A stretch of 56,835 bases of DNA, counting the filler, from Bipalium vagum (Eukaryota), in the NCBI GenBank assembly GCA_037834085.1. It is 3 parts of 3 records of this genome, joined end to end, with 100 filler letters (N's around TTAATTAATTAA, not from the genome) between each part and the next. Parts side by side here need not be neighbours in the genome. Positions count along the whole stretch, not along the records: positions 1 to 20,524 come from JBBMKC010251123.1; positions 20,625 to 36,980 come from JBBMKC010115056.1; 1 more part is not named here. One strand, given 5' to 3'. The notes under the pieces are model-generated. The model was given only the letters and a program-made list of their open reading frames with translations. It had not been told where the DNA came from and ran no database searches. Of the stretch, positions 14,101 to 26,009 are shown piece after piece; position 1 is the first letter of the stretch, and every line of letters begins with the position of its first letter. The position numbers and the translations under genes are program-made.

Positions 14101-17100
14101 CTCGGAATAAGCAAGTATAAAATGGATCAACCTTTATGTATGAGACTATGACAGTTTGCTTCTCTAATCGACGAGTTTCTATAATTGTAACTGTCTTCAA
14201 AAATTTGTATAATTCGCACTTTCTCTTTATTTGGTAAATATTTTGACTCCAGTTTTGAGAGCTACTTTTATGGTTCAGACCTGTAGCTAGCAGTACTGAG
14301 AGTCTGCTAACACTTACTTCCTAATCCCAGTAAAAAAGGAATTAAATTATATATTTCTAACTCATTTTGATTACTCTTATTAATATTAAAAGCTCCTAGT
14401 GAAAGCACTTAATTTAAAAGCAAATTAAATTATTTATTTCTAGATAAACTTGCAGGTAACACTTTACTACAATGAGGAAATTTTCGCTATAGAGTATAAT
14501 TGAGCAGGATTTTTGAAAGTAAATTAGAAAAGTATAGTAGCAAAAAAGTAAGATATAGATAAATTTCACCATATAAATTATTGACATAAATTGTATAGTT
14601 TATCGAGGAGGTTTTGTGAGGTGCTGTTGACCTAAATCTCATTGACTTTTAGGTAACCAACTTCGAAAGAAACTATTAATTGACAACAAGTTTTCTTCTT
14701 CTGTCACAGTAACAGTCAAGAAATCATTTCATGTCCTGTTCAGATATGTCTTTCGTGAATAGATGACAAATATATAAAGAACCTGATATATTAGGTTGGT
14801 TCATATGAAATTTCATTTTTTATATAAATTTTAGCTCTCAAAAATAAGTGTGAAAAAGTTTTATAAAATATTTTATGTAACAAAATAAGCTCCATTAGCA
14901 TCAATACACATCTACCGGCGCTTTGTTAGTGCTTATATTCCAGATTAAACAAATTTGGATTTTTGAATGAAAGAATTGTCGTAATTTTGCAGATATTCCT
15001 GATTAGTAAAAACTTGTCCCTCTATAAATTGAACCAGATGCTTGAAAAAGTGGAAATCAGTTGAAGCTAGTCGGGCGAATATGGTGGATGACGAAGAAGT
15101 TTGTAATTCATATCCGAATAGTTTTCTCTGAAATATGCGATCTAGAATCAGCTTGCAATAGAATAGGTTTCTGTTGGTAACACAACGAAGGTCACTGTTT
15201 CTTAAGCTTTGCATGTATTTTGTCCAAGTAATCGCAGGATGTATATGAATTCACTTTTTCACCAGTTAGTAAGTAGAAATACACCAACCTAATATAATAC
15301 AAAAGAAAAATAAATATTGATACTAACTGAAGAAAGGGTTTTCGTTGTTTAGGAAAATGTTATATGCTTTGTGAATGTCAAGGATTAAATTCACTTTGAA
15401 TTAATTAATTTCATCTTGACCATGTCAAAACCTGAGGAATATATCCTAAGCAAATTATAATTGAAATAAAATTGACTACTACTAGATCTTCTACATGCTT
15501 TATTAAATTTTAATAATTAAAAATTATTATTATAATTATAGTGACAATTTACTTTTCATGAAATTCAGAAAGTCTAGAAACTTCATTATGAAATTCTGAG
15601 AATAACGAGTCTAATTTATCTCCAAATTCATTTTCGTCTGTGTCCAAACTTGAAAGAATTTCTTTAATTAATTTGAGAGTAGCACAATATTCTCTATCAC
15701 ATTCAATCAAATCGGCCAAAGCGTATCTGAATTAAAACAATAATTATTAATAAATATTTTAATATTAAAAAAACATTAAAATATACAGTACCTGTCCATT
15801 GAAATAGACTCAAACAAAATATATTGGTTTTTAATCGTAAATTCAATTTAAAAAGGTTTTTAACGTAATTCATTACGAGATACAAGAATAATGATTTATT
15901 AAACTGAAAACACTAAAAAATGTTATTCATATCTATCTAAAAATATAACAGGTGGAACCACAATCAAATTAGTTTAGTGAAATACAATTGTTTGTAAAAT
16001 TATACTTGAGTCTATTTCAATGGTCATGTACTGTAGTTAAATCTGTTATGATGCTTTCATATCATGGCACTAAAGAATATATAACTTTGAGTTTTCATGC
16101 TTTTTTTCATTTATTTTATTATACCCATATATATTCAATAGATAATATATTCTTGAGTAAAAGCACAAGCAATGGGAATAAGACTAATATAATAAGAATA
16201 ATATAAAATATAATCATTCATAAAATTATATACTAAAATATAACTATATTCGTGTACACTTTATTTATCAAATTATATTATTACAGAAAATTTAAAATAA
16301 AAGTTTTATAATTGCTTTTGAATTTATTTTTTTTATAATTTTGAAAGAAAAAACTTCACATATTTTATAATCATAATCAGAAAATAAAATTTATCACCTT
16401 TTCTGTGATTTTTTTCTAAATTTAAATTGTGCTGAACATCATTCTAATATATAAATATATAAATTATATTTTGACTTGATCTATAAAGAATGCCATTAAT
16501 TAATTTTTGCAAATTTATATATATAAAAATATTTTCGCGAATTTCAATAAATCTTGTTCGTTTTTTTCATTATTGATTTATTCTTTTTTTTATTTGCATT
16601 GAGGAGAAATTTGGGAAATCGAAAAAAATATAATTCATTGAATTTTTATTTTCTTAAGAGAAATTTGAAATGTCCAACTGCATGTAAAAACTTATAAAAA
16701 ATATTAAATATCGATTTTTTTATTAAATTGATTTACTTACATTATTTACTTTTATTTCTTATTAAATTGATTTATTAATTATTAATTCTCAAGATAATTT
16801 TAAATTAAAAATTTTTATTAACATATCACTGGATTGCAATAATAAAATGAAACATATACAGACTTTCTTTTCATGGCTGCCTCTTGGTTTTTATTAGAGA
16901 TCTGAAGAATATCTTCTCGAAATGTTTCTCTAGTGTTTCGCTTCCTCGATTGATCTTGGGAAATGATGTTGCCACCGGGAGACACTGTTAGACAGCATTT
17001 AGGTACTATGGCAATCTTCGAATTATCAGTGTCATGGTTCGTTATCCAAAAGTCGAGATTATCAAAATCTTCGATTTTAACTGGAGACCCTTCAGTGGTT

Positions 17101-19958
17101 CGAATGAAGTCTGAGTTTCCATCGCATTTAATAGTACATATTGCATAATACTGTGCACTTTTATCGGATTTCTAAATGGAATTAATTTTTAATAATTTTT
17201 TCTTTAAATAGTAAAACAAATATCAATAAAATATTATGGAAAAAATTCAATAAATAACAAACACAATGTTAAAATTACAGAGAAATAAAACAATAAAATG
17301 TATAAAATTTAAGAAAAAATTAAATAAAAAAGCTTTTTGTTTAAGTTGTTATTTTATTATTATAAGACTATTATTATAATGTCAAAGGAACAACTTTGCA
17401 TTCCTGAAACCAAGACAAAAAATTAATTAATTACCACTGTCATATGTTATATATGAAGATATTCAGAAATATATAATCAAGTATATAATCAATTACGAAA
17501 TATTTCATTCAACTTGTTGAGGTACGGCTTTAATATGTGTCCAATTTTTGATGAGCAAAAGTGTAAGACGGGTATTTGTTAATTACGTCGAAATACTATA
17601 ATTTCTACATGTCCACAGGCATAGTTTTAGACTCGGGTAGAAATGTGATAATAACATTAATAAATTTTATAGATATTTTCGGTTTTCTCAAAAGAGATTC
17701 ATCAGTTATTACAGGGGAAATTTTTATTGCGTCACTCTTCTGTCTTGGTGTGTTTTAAATATCATAAAAGTTAATTAGTTTTCAAAAGAAGAATAAAAGC
17801 CTCAGCGTGTAACGTTTTTTGTACGATTAAAGTATGGGTGGGTTTTTTATTCCACTATGCAACTTAAAGAGTCACAAAATTAAAAAAATTTTTTTTTAAT
17901 ATTCTTAAAATAATAATTGTTATTTGAATATATATATTTTGTATATATATTCTGACCATTCGTATTCTAGTTATTAGGTTGTTCCACAAGTAATCTACCA
18001 TTTTGTAATGAAGAGTTTAACATTAAAAATAGATGTTTATAATAAATTTGATATCAATCTGCAGCTCGTACTTATCTGAATCCATTGTTTATGATTACTT
18101 TAGAAAATATAATTTTAGATTAAATTAGTACGTAAAAATGGACATTAACAAAATTATAATTCGTGGTATTCTACGCCATCATTGGAAATAGGGATTGAAA
18201 GCATCGAAGGCCTCTAGAATAATATTTAAATTTGAAGTTGAAAATCCTATGACTTGCAAGCTTACACAATCTTGGTATCGTCAATTTTTAAGTAAGTCAG
18301 ATTTTAAGTAAGCCGAAATCGGGAAGACATCGGCCAAAGAGTCTTGAACTCATAAAACATGTAGTTGTATCTAATTCACAAAAAAGTAATAGATAATTAT
18401 TAGAGGAACTAAAAATTGCTACTACAAATGTGTTTTGTTGACTAAAAATGATTGGAGCACGCTATTAGAATCGTCTACATATAGGTCACGATTTAACATC
18501 TGAACAACAAAAAATAGGTTTAAGTGTTTGTCAAATCTTACTGAGCTATTCAAGGGACAATTGCTTTTGGCGACAAATAGTTACATGGGACGAAAAGTGA
18601 ATTTATTACAATATTTAATTAATTAAAATTATCAAGAGAATTAATTAAAATAAAATTAATAAATAAGATTAATGACAAAAGCTTAAGATGAATATGCCTT
18701 ATCCGAACCAACATGCCGAGATTGGTATCGACGATTTAAGGCAGGTGACTTAAGCATATAAGATAAAGAACGTTCAGGGAAACTAAAGAAGTTCGAAGAT
18801 GATGATTTAAGAGGAATTATCAAAGAAGACTCATTACAAACTCTTGAAGAAATAACACAGACATTGAATGTCGACAGGTCAATTGCTGGTAAACGAATGC
18901 ATGCATTGGAAATGATCTAAAAGTATGGAAAATGAATCTCAAAAATGATTGCGAAATGTTACTTACAATGCATTTATCTTTGCATCGAATTAAAAATGGT
19001 GATGACAAATGGTTGTGGTATAAGAATCTCAAGTGCAGAAAATGATGGACAAAGCCCAGAGAGCCATCAATATCGACAGTACAAAGATGGATGAACAGAA
19101 GTAAAGTGATGCTATGTATCTGGTGGGACCAATCGGGAGTATTGTACCATGAGTTTCTCAAACGTTCCGAAACTGTAACTGATAATCGATATAAGCAGTA
19201 ATTACTGGATTTAAGTCGACCATAAGTACCAAAAGACTTCAATATGGCCTAAGACATGATCAGATCACTTTGCAACATGATGACGCCAAATCACACATTG
19301 CCAAACCAGTTAAAGAAACATTGAAAATACTTTGCTCGGAGGTTCTAGCTTACCCGCAGTACTCACCAGACATAATGCCATCTGACTTCCACTTGTTTCC
19401 ATCAATGCAGCAATCTCTTGCTGGACACGCCTTCAATGTCTTTTGACCGAAGATGTCAAAGAATTGATGGATCGATGGATTGCTTCAAAGAGTCAAGATT
19501 TCTTTTACCATGGAATCCATTCTTTGTCCGAAAGATGGTCAAAAGTAGTAACTGCCAACGGAAAATATTTTGTTATCTTTTAATAAGCGACTTTATTTCC
19601 ATAAAAAGCAATGTGAATTAATTCCTATATCTAATAATATTTGTAGTGACACAATCCAGTTACGAAAAGATTTTCAAATAGTATTTTTTAGGTACATCTT
19701 CAATTCTGTAATCCACAATTAAATTTTAATACATTTAAATTAATAAAAATTATTTTAAGAAAATGACGAAAATAATTTCAATCGAAAGATAGGAAAAAAT
19801 GATTGGAAAAAATCTCATTGAACCCGTTGAAAAGTCACCTTTAGTTTTAAAATTTCCATGTCGTCATTGCTGGACAAAAAATTAGACTCTTCATCCACCA
19901 TTGATGCGTCGAAAGATCTTCGGTAACGGAGTTTGTGTTTATCCAGACGATCTGACAT
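2157..19958 (-). CDS. unc-89: UNC-89/obscurin-like SH3-DH(RhoGEF)-PH protein, multi-exon; 3' end unresolved
   Basis: Minus-strand GT-AG exons join in consistent phase: 19958-19839 (MSDRLDKH..KLK); 17171-16864 (SH3-like YYAI..EGSPVKIEDFDNLDFW..IVPKCCL, then RNTRETFREDILQISNKNQEAAMKR); 15726-15553 (KYALADLIECDREYCATL..LSEFHEN); 11822-11753 (EILTKLSACVMNPTEVPKIL); 11017-10655 (LSFHDLMEKVEKQINQYNLFLLDIMRYTGR..FQKAINMF..KERLIRM); 6427-6272 and 6221-6053 (PH-like CSVFLLKHYL..KLGWLHDIKRRL); 2345(or 2324)-2157 (acidic linker). Domain order and motifs resemble the N-terminal SH3-DH-PH of nematode/insect UNC-89 as I recall it. Confidence 0.72.
4135..5956 (+). mobile_element. Ty3/Gypsy LTR retrotransposon, internally deleted, antisense within an UNC-89-like intron
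   Basis: The 5' LTR remnant 4135-4200 matches the start of the 3' LTR 5794-5956. A polypurine tract GAAGGGGGA lies at 5785-5793, and a 5-bp TSD ATAAT at 4130-4134 and 5957-5961. Domain order is protease (LLDTRARINV), RT (FSSIDL, RMPFG, YLDD), integrase (WILKFGCPRRLHVDCG). Gag and RNase H are missing, and stops/frameshifts are present. Confidence 0.92.
9540..10560 (-). mobile_element. Decayed mariner transposon
   Basis: Minus-strand remnants include HNLRYLLQF, PKKIMISVW, HDNAK and DLA. Boundaries are approximate. Confidence 0.65.
12855..13452 (-). mobile_element. Mariner deletion derivative (N-terminal HTH only)
   Basis: Imperfect TIRs (GGGTTGTCCAGAAAGTT / AACTTTTGGGACCC). Peptides include HIILFHFNKG, RSGRP and WIPYEL (WVPHEL-like motif). 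Confidence 0.75.
14791..15292 (-). mobile_element. Mariner non-autonomous derivative (C-terminal remnant)
   Basis: Termini TA|TTAGGTTGG ... CCAACCTAA|TA. The peptide LASTDFHFFKHL resembles the DLAPSDYHLF motif. Confidence 0.8.
15786..16033. mobile_element. Tc1/mariner-type MITE (248 bp)
   Basis: 28-bp TIRs (CAGTACCTGTCCATTGAAATAGACTCAA) with 2 mismatches, and TA on both flanks. Confidence 0.88.
17974..18612 (+). mobile_element. Mariner 5' half, decayed
   Basis: TA|TTAGGTTG terminus. Peptides include IRGILRHHWK, WYRQF and IVTWDEK. Confidence 0.75.
18690..19634 (+). mobile_element. Mariner (DD34D) transposase pseudogene, 5'-truncated
   Basis: Peptides include WYRRFKAGD, ERSG, GDDKW, VMLCIWWDQSG and LQHDDAKSH..YSPDIMPSDFHLF, with 34 residues between the second and third Asp. 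The 3' terminus is ..TCTAA|TA. Confidence 0.88.
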
Positions 19959-20524
19959 TTCTAAACAAGACGGATAATTAAACCATATTTTATCACAGAT
20001 TTTTATACGGTTTTATCTCGGTTTACTGCAAATGTTATCTCGAACATAAAAAGAGGAAAATCTATGAAAAATAAATGTCTGGACCGTTCTTTAGAAAGCA
20101 TTGATTAATGTTTTGTGGTGCATATTTTATGTTTATTAACAGTCTACAATTAAGGAATTCTTATATTTTCCGAGATAATTACGTTTTTAGTTTAAAACTT
20201 TTTCTGAAGAATTGACAAAAAAACTTTTACTATGGGTTTTTATTGAAAATTATGAAAGAAAAAAACTGATCATTTGAAAAAATAATAATAAATCCAGAGT
20301 TAATTTCACCAGAATTTATGTTACGAACACAGAGGGTCTCCATAATATAGAGACCGTTATAGGGTAATTAATTTAGGCTTCTAAAATAGTTTTATACATT
20401 AGAAAGGATTCGAAACATGTTTCCGAAAGAACCAGCAAGTTTTTTCAGAAAAACGATTAATTAATATTAATATTCAGCTTAAAATAAAAAATAATTTTAT
20501 TTGAAAAAAATATTAAGTCTATTT

Positions 20525-20624
20525 NNNNNNNNNNNNNNNNNNNNNNNNNNNNNNNNNNNNNNNNNNNNTTAATTAATTAANNNNNNNNNNNNNNNNNNNN
20601 NNNNNNNNNNNNNNNNNNNNNNNN
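20525..20624. other. Assembly gap with artificial TTAATTAATTAA linker
   Basis: 44 N, TTAATTAATTAA, 44 N; the same pattern recurs at 36981-37080. Confidence 0.95.
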
Positions 20625-21050
20625 ATATATATGTATATATATACATATATGCTTAATAGACAACCCATCATCTCCAGCGATCACCTCATCAAATTAATCC
20701 ATTAATTCTTGCTTTGCGTTCGCATACTTAACAATTTGATATAATGTTGAATTATGCTATTAAAATTTGGAATGATGCTTGTAATAAAATTATTAATGCA
20801 GAAAGCAATTTTAAAAAAATTAACAAACATTTGCTTCAGTCAAATATTTTAAATATAAAAAAATCTAAAACATTTGAAAAATTAAATAAAAATAATAACA
20901 CAATAATCAAGCAAACAATTTTCTTAGTGTGTACATTTTTTGTGAGAATTTTATTATGAATACATAAAATTACACACTTTATTTAAATGAATCACTTTAA
21001 TTTTCAGCGCATATAAATATTTAAATTTAGGAAGTGAGTCATTTTTCAAA

Positions 21051-24000
21051 ATGTCTAAAGGAGTAAGTTAAAGAAAAATATTCTTTGATTTTTATCATTT
21101 GTCTCATTTAAGATCCTTATTAAAGTTTCTACTGCCGATTCTGAGTTGGAATTTTCTGTAGCGTCCAATACAACCGGTAAGCAGCTGTTCGATCAAGTAA
21201 AAATGATTATAATTTAAAGTAACTATACAAACGGTTATCAGGTTGTGCGAACAATAAATATTCGTGAAGTCTGGTGGTTTGGCTTACAATATACTGATTC
21301 TAAAGGTTTACCAACTTGGTTGAAATTAAAGCGCAAGTTAACATCTCAAGATATTGGAAAAGCTTCTCCGTTGAAACTTAAGTTTTGTGTCAAATATTAT
21401 CCTGAGGACGTCAATGAAGAATTGATTCAAGAAACCACGAAACGCTTGTTTTACTTGCAAGTGCGCCAAGATATATTGAACGGAGATATTTACTGCCCTC
21501 CAGAAACGTGTGTTCTGTTGGCATCGTATGCTTGTCAATGCAAATATCTTGACTATACCGATGACCTTATTGAAAGAAAAGAAGAGACTTTGTACAAAGA
21601 TCGTCTGATACCTGAAAAGTAATTTAATGGTTAAAGTCAAAGCAACTTCTGACTGAACATTTTTTCTTATTAAGAGTTCTCAATCAACACGAAATGACTC
21701 AGGATCAGTGGATGGAAAAGATAATAATGATGTACAAGTCTCACAAATATATGCTGAGAGAGGACAGCATGATGGAGTATTTGAAAATTGCTCAGGATTT
21801 GGAAATGTATGGCGTAACATATTACGAAATAACGAACAAAAAAGGTACCGAGCTCTATTTGGGAATCGATGCTCTAGGCCTGAGTATCTACAATAAAAAC
21901 GATAGGTCAGTTTTGATTGGTATTGATTTTTAAATCGTTTTAAATGCATCTTCAGATTGACTCCGAAAATTGGATTCCCATGGAGCGAAATTCGAAACGT
22001 TTCATATTCTAGCAAAAAGTTTTCTATCAAATCCACGGATAAAAATGCTTCGGTAATAATTGTTTATTTATAAATTACTATTGATTATTTTCTTTTATCT
22101 TAATTGAAGTCAATTAAATTACCAAAGTAATCTTTTTTGGGATGTCTTTAAATACATTTAAAACAAATAAACCTAAAGTAGATTCCATATGATATTACTC
22201 GTTCTTTTTGTATATTTATTGATCCGAGAAATGTTTTTATTTATTTGCATCGAAATTCCTTTTATGTCGGTGGGATTCTCTTTTCAGATCTAAATCGAAT
22301 TTTTCAATATTGTAGCGCATAATTTTAAATATCACCATTAATGAAAATCGATACTTCAATTTTCTTTGACATTAATTAAGATTTTTCAATCTTTTAAAAT
22401 GTTTAAGATGAAATAGCGTTTGACGTTGATAATTTATTGTTATTCAATCAACTCAAATCATTAATTCTCTCGAATTGTGAAACATCGCTTCCAACGATGT
22501 TTACGAGAATGTGTACTGTTTACTTCAATCGGACTATCGATAGAGCTTGTTTACTAAATATGGGTATTTCATAATCGAATTCCAATTTCGATTCTGTTTG
22601 TGTGCATGATGTCCTTTTAACGGACTTCTTCTGGAAAGGAAAAACCAAGATGAAAAAGATGGAGTCAATAACAGATGCAGTTTTCTCTCATAATCGATAG
22701 TTGTGCCACACTGCCACTCACATGATTCTTCAATTATTGGTATTGGTTTAATAATATAAAATGTGATATTGATTGAAATATCGTTTAAATTAAAAGTAAA
22801 TTGAGTTTTTTCTAAAGAAAATCTTTGATTTTGAAATCAATCTCAATATTAAAAATCTATACCATATTAAATCATCGTTTTTCCTTTGTTAAACGAGACA
22901 TGTTCAGCACGACCAAGACGTGCAGTGTAAGGTAGGTGGCATATTTATCTATGATGACGTCAATAGTCGATGTTATTGTTGGATGGGTGCACATTTCGTT
23001 ATAAGAGAGCTGTAAATAACGGTTCGATTCCATTGATTGATTAGTCGATCGATATTTTTGTGTGATTTTTAAAGGGTTAAAGTTCGATTGTTAAGTGTTT
23101 TCATTACAACCGCGATTTTGTTATGACTCGGAACATGATTTCAGAGCTTCGTGTTCATGACTGCTCATTCGAGAATCAATAAGACCATTTTGAACTTGTC
23201 GATGGGCAATCACGATCTCTATCTGAGAAGACGAAAGGCCGAGTCGATCGAGGTCCAACAAATGAGAGCACAGGCCGAGGAAGACAAGCGGGTGAAAATG
23301 GATTCCAAGTCTGTTTTTTATTTCTCGTGCCTCATTTATCGTTTACGTTTATTTTTCCATCCAGGGACAAAGTAATTCAAGAACGAATCGCCAAGGAGAT
23401 GGCCGAGCGGAAATTGGCAGAACTGGAACTGATCTTGAAAGCGTCCCATGAGAAGCAGGAGGAGTCGCAGAAGCAATTGGAAGAATTCGAGCACAAAATC
23501 AAGGAGTTAGAAAGTCTACTGGAACAGACCAATCGCAGCAAGCAAGATCTGGAGGAGATGCAACATAAACTGGCTGAGAACACGAAGGCCCTGAAAGCTG
23601 CCCAAGACGCACTGAGCGAAGATTACGAGCGACTGATGGTGGAAAACAACCTCATCTTGTCCGAGATCCACTTGAAGAATACAGAGGTAGAGCAGAGTGC
23701 ACTCGAGCTGAAGGCCAGACAGAGTGAGCTGGACAGGTTGCGAAATGAGCGCGACGAGCTGGAGTTGAAGGCCAAGCAATTAGAGGAGCAGGCAATCGAG
23801 AAGGAGAACGCTACGGAAGAGGCTCATAATTTTGAACTGCTCGAGTCCGGTGACGACCGACGCGAAGAGAACCGCACAACGGCGCTGTCAAATAACAAAG
23901 ATTTGCAGATGCTGCTCGCGTCTCTGGGCCAGGATTTGGAGCAGAAGCGAATGGAATCGAAGCTGGACGAGACGGATTTGATCCATCGTGAGAATCAGCG

Positions 24001-24085
24001 TCAAGGTCGCGATAAGTTCAAAACACTTCGCCAGATTCGCCAAGGGAACACCAAGAAACGGATCGATGAGTTCGAATCAATGTAA
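21051..24085 (+). CDS. Moe: ERM family protein (ezrin/radixin/moesin), 7 exons, about 561 aa
   Basis: Exons 21051-21062, 21113-21196, 21242-21618, 21675-21905, 21956-22052, 23145-23308 and 23365-24085 sum to 1686 nt in frame. FERM motifs: [59 protein letters not shown] coiled coil follows, then the actin-binding tail [26 protein letters not shown] with the regulatory Thr, which marks it as ERM rather than merlin. Confidence 0.97.
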
Positions 24086-25077
24086 CGCTGTGTATCGATG
24101 TGTGTGGTTTGTGCGTGTGTTTCTGTCTGTTCTTGTGTGCAGTTTTCTATCTTTATTGATTTGTGCCACAATATATTGATTTTATAAGCTCAATGTTGAT
24201 TTCCTGAATTCTGATTGGTTTATATTTTAACGCGGCTGATTAATAATTTGTATTTTTACAAGTGTTCTTCAATCTGTTTACTTCCATGAGAAAGATAATC
24301 TTTGTCCTTTTGTGTTCATCTCTTGATGTATTTTTATATAATGCAACATTTTATATCGATTTTTCTAGTCATCAAAAAGTCTGGAATAATATATCTTATT
24401 GTTATATTTATATTAGCCTTTATATAGCGTTTTTAACTATTTGTGGATCGTATCGGTTGTTGGGGGTTTGTGATATATCTATATTGACTTTTATATGACA
24501 AGAACTTTTTTAATCTTCCAGTAATTGTTGGTTGTTACGGTTCTATTTTGGTTTTTGTGTTAAATTTTAATAAATAATTAAATGTTTCAATTTTGAATTT
24601 GATTTATTTTTCATATATAAATTGCATTATTTATTGAACAAAATAAATTTATTTGATAGCACTTGGTATATTTCACTGAGCTGAACTTTAAAACCGGTAA
24701 TCAGTGCTGGGTTGTTTTGATAAATTTGAATAAATCTCAGATGTGTCATTTTTGTCATTTCAGAAGACAGCACTTGATTTTGATTTTTTATTAGCAAAGT
24801 AAAGGATCTCTTGATGATTTTCTCTTCCTTTTCCAAAAATTTTCGATTTTTTTAGTTTGACCTATAACAGTCAATTATAGTTGACTTTTATAATTATTTT
24901 AAGGTCACTTTGTAGACGTATAGTGTTCAGGTATCCATTGCTATCTTTTTCAGTCCCAATTTATTTAATATCAATTAATTATACGCGAAATTTCTCGGTT
25001 ATTTGGACATTTCTGTTATTTCTAACAATAACTGATTATTATTTATTAAGTTTCACCTTAGATTAATTAGTATGATT

Positions 25078-25960
25078 TGTTAGTTACATGTATATCGGTT
25101 GACAATTTATCAAGACTCATTTCCAAAATATATTTTTTATTAAACCAATTGCTTAAAAAAATAATTAGTTTAAATAATAAATTATTTTTAATCCCCCATC
25201 CCTCTTTTTTAAAGAATTTCTTGATCTTTTCAATGCTTCTGACCACTTTCTTCCGATCCGTATCTGTCATGGATTTTCTTTTTGATTTTATAGAGTCCCT
25301 CATATCGATCTTGTTCTAACTTCTTTTCTAATCATGACTACATCTCCAACTTCCTTCTGGTTTCTTGATTTCTCAACTCTCGTGACTGTTGCCTGATTTT
25401 CTGAATGGCTTCCTATTTAGCTACTTGATTCCTACTGAACCATCTTTCTCTATTTATTTTCCGGCCCAAAACTAACTCCGGCGGACTCATACGTGTTGAC
25501 ATCTGTACAGATGCGTTTCAAGTATACTCGATTTCTGATAAAATTTCTGCCCAATTGGTTTTCTTTCTACTTTTAAAGTTGTATTTAAATACTCCCTAAT
25601 GGTACGAAATTGCCGTTCAACAATTCCATTTGTATTATGGTGATACAGACTAGCTATTTAAATTCTTGGGACTCAAAAGATTTCCCACAATCTGCATGTA
25701 TATCTTTCACAGCACCAAACTTTAGGATCCAATTATTTCGGAAAATTTTGACGACTGTATTATTGTCTTGTCTTGCCACGGACGAAAGTACTATGTACTT
25801 ACTAAAATAATCTATGATTGTCAGGATATTTTTATGAAATGTTTCTTTTAATGGTTCACAAATATCCACGTATACTTTTTCAAATGGCTCTACCGGCGTG
25901 ATTTTCACTGGTTTTTCCTTCATAGATGTTGAGCTGTCTTTCACATGTCTCGCACTGACT
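25078..25960 (-). mobile_element. Ty3/Gypsy integrase fragment with PPT and 3' LTR
   Basis: Integrase peptide EPFEKVYVDI..IIDYFSKY..WILKFGAVKDIHADCGKSF. The purine tract AAGAGGGATGGGGGA lies near 25192-25206 on the minus strand, and the LTR ends ..AACTAACA at 25078. Confidence 0.85.
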
Positions 25961-26009
25961 TATATTTTTCTGCAACCGTACTACTCAATTCTTCCATGTC
26001 GGAATTTTG

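Noticed and set aside
20569-20580. Palindromic TTAATTAATTAA, repeated at 37025-37036
   Set aside because: It is centred in symmetric N runs of a 100-bp gap, so it is an artificial scaffolding linker with stops in all frames.
21051-24085. Merlin/NF2 identity for the FERM gene
   Set aside because: It has the ERM actin-binding C-terminus and lacks merlin's N-terminal extension.
21338-24179. Antisense and alternate-frame ORFs over the ERM exons
   Set aside because: They are shadow ORFs of the real coding sequence.
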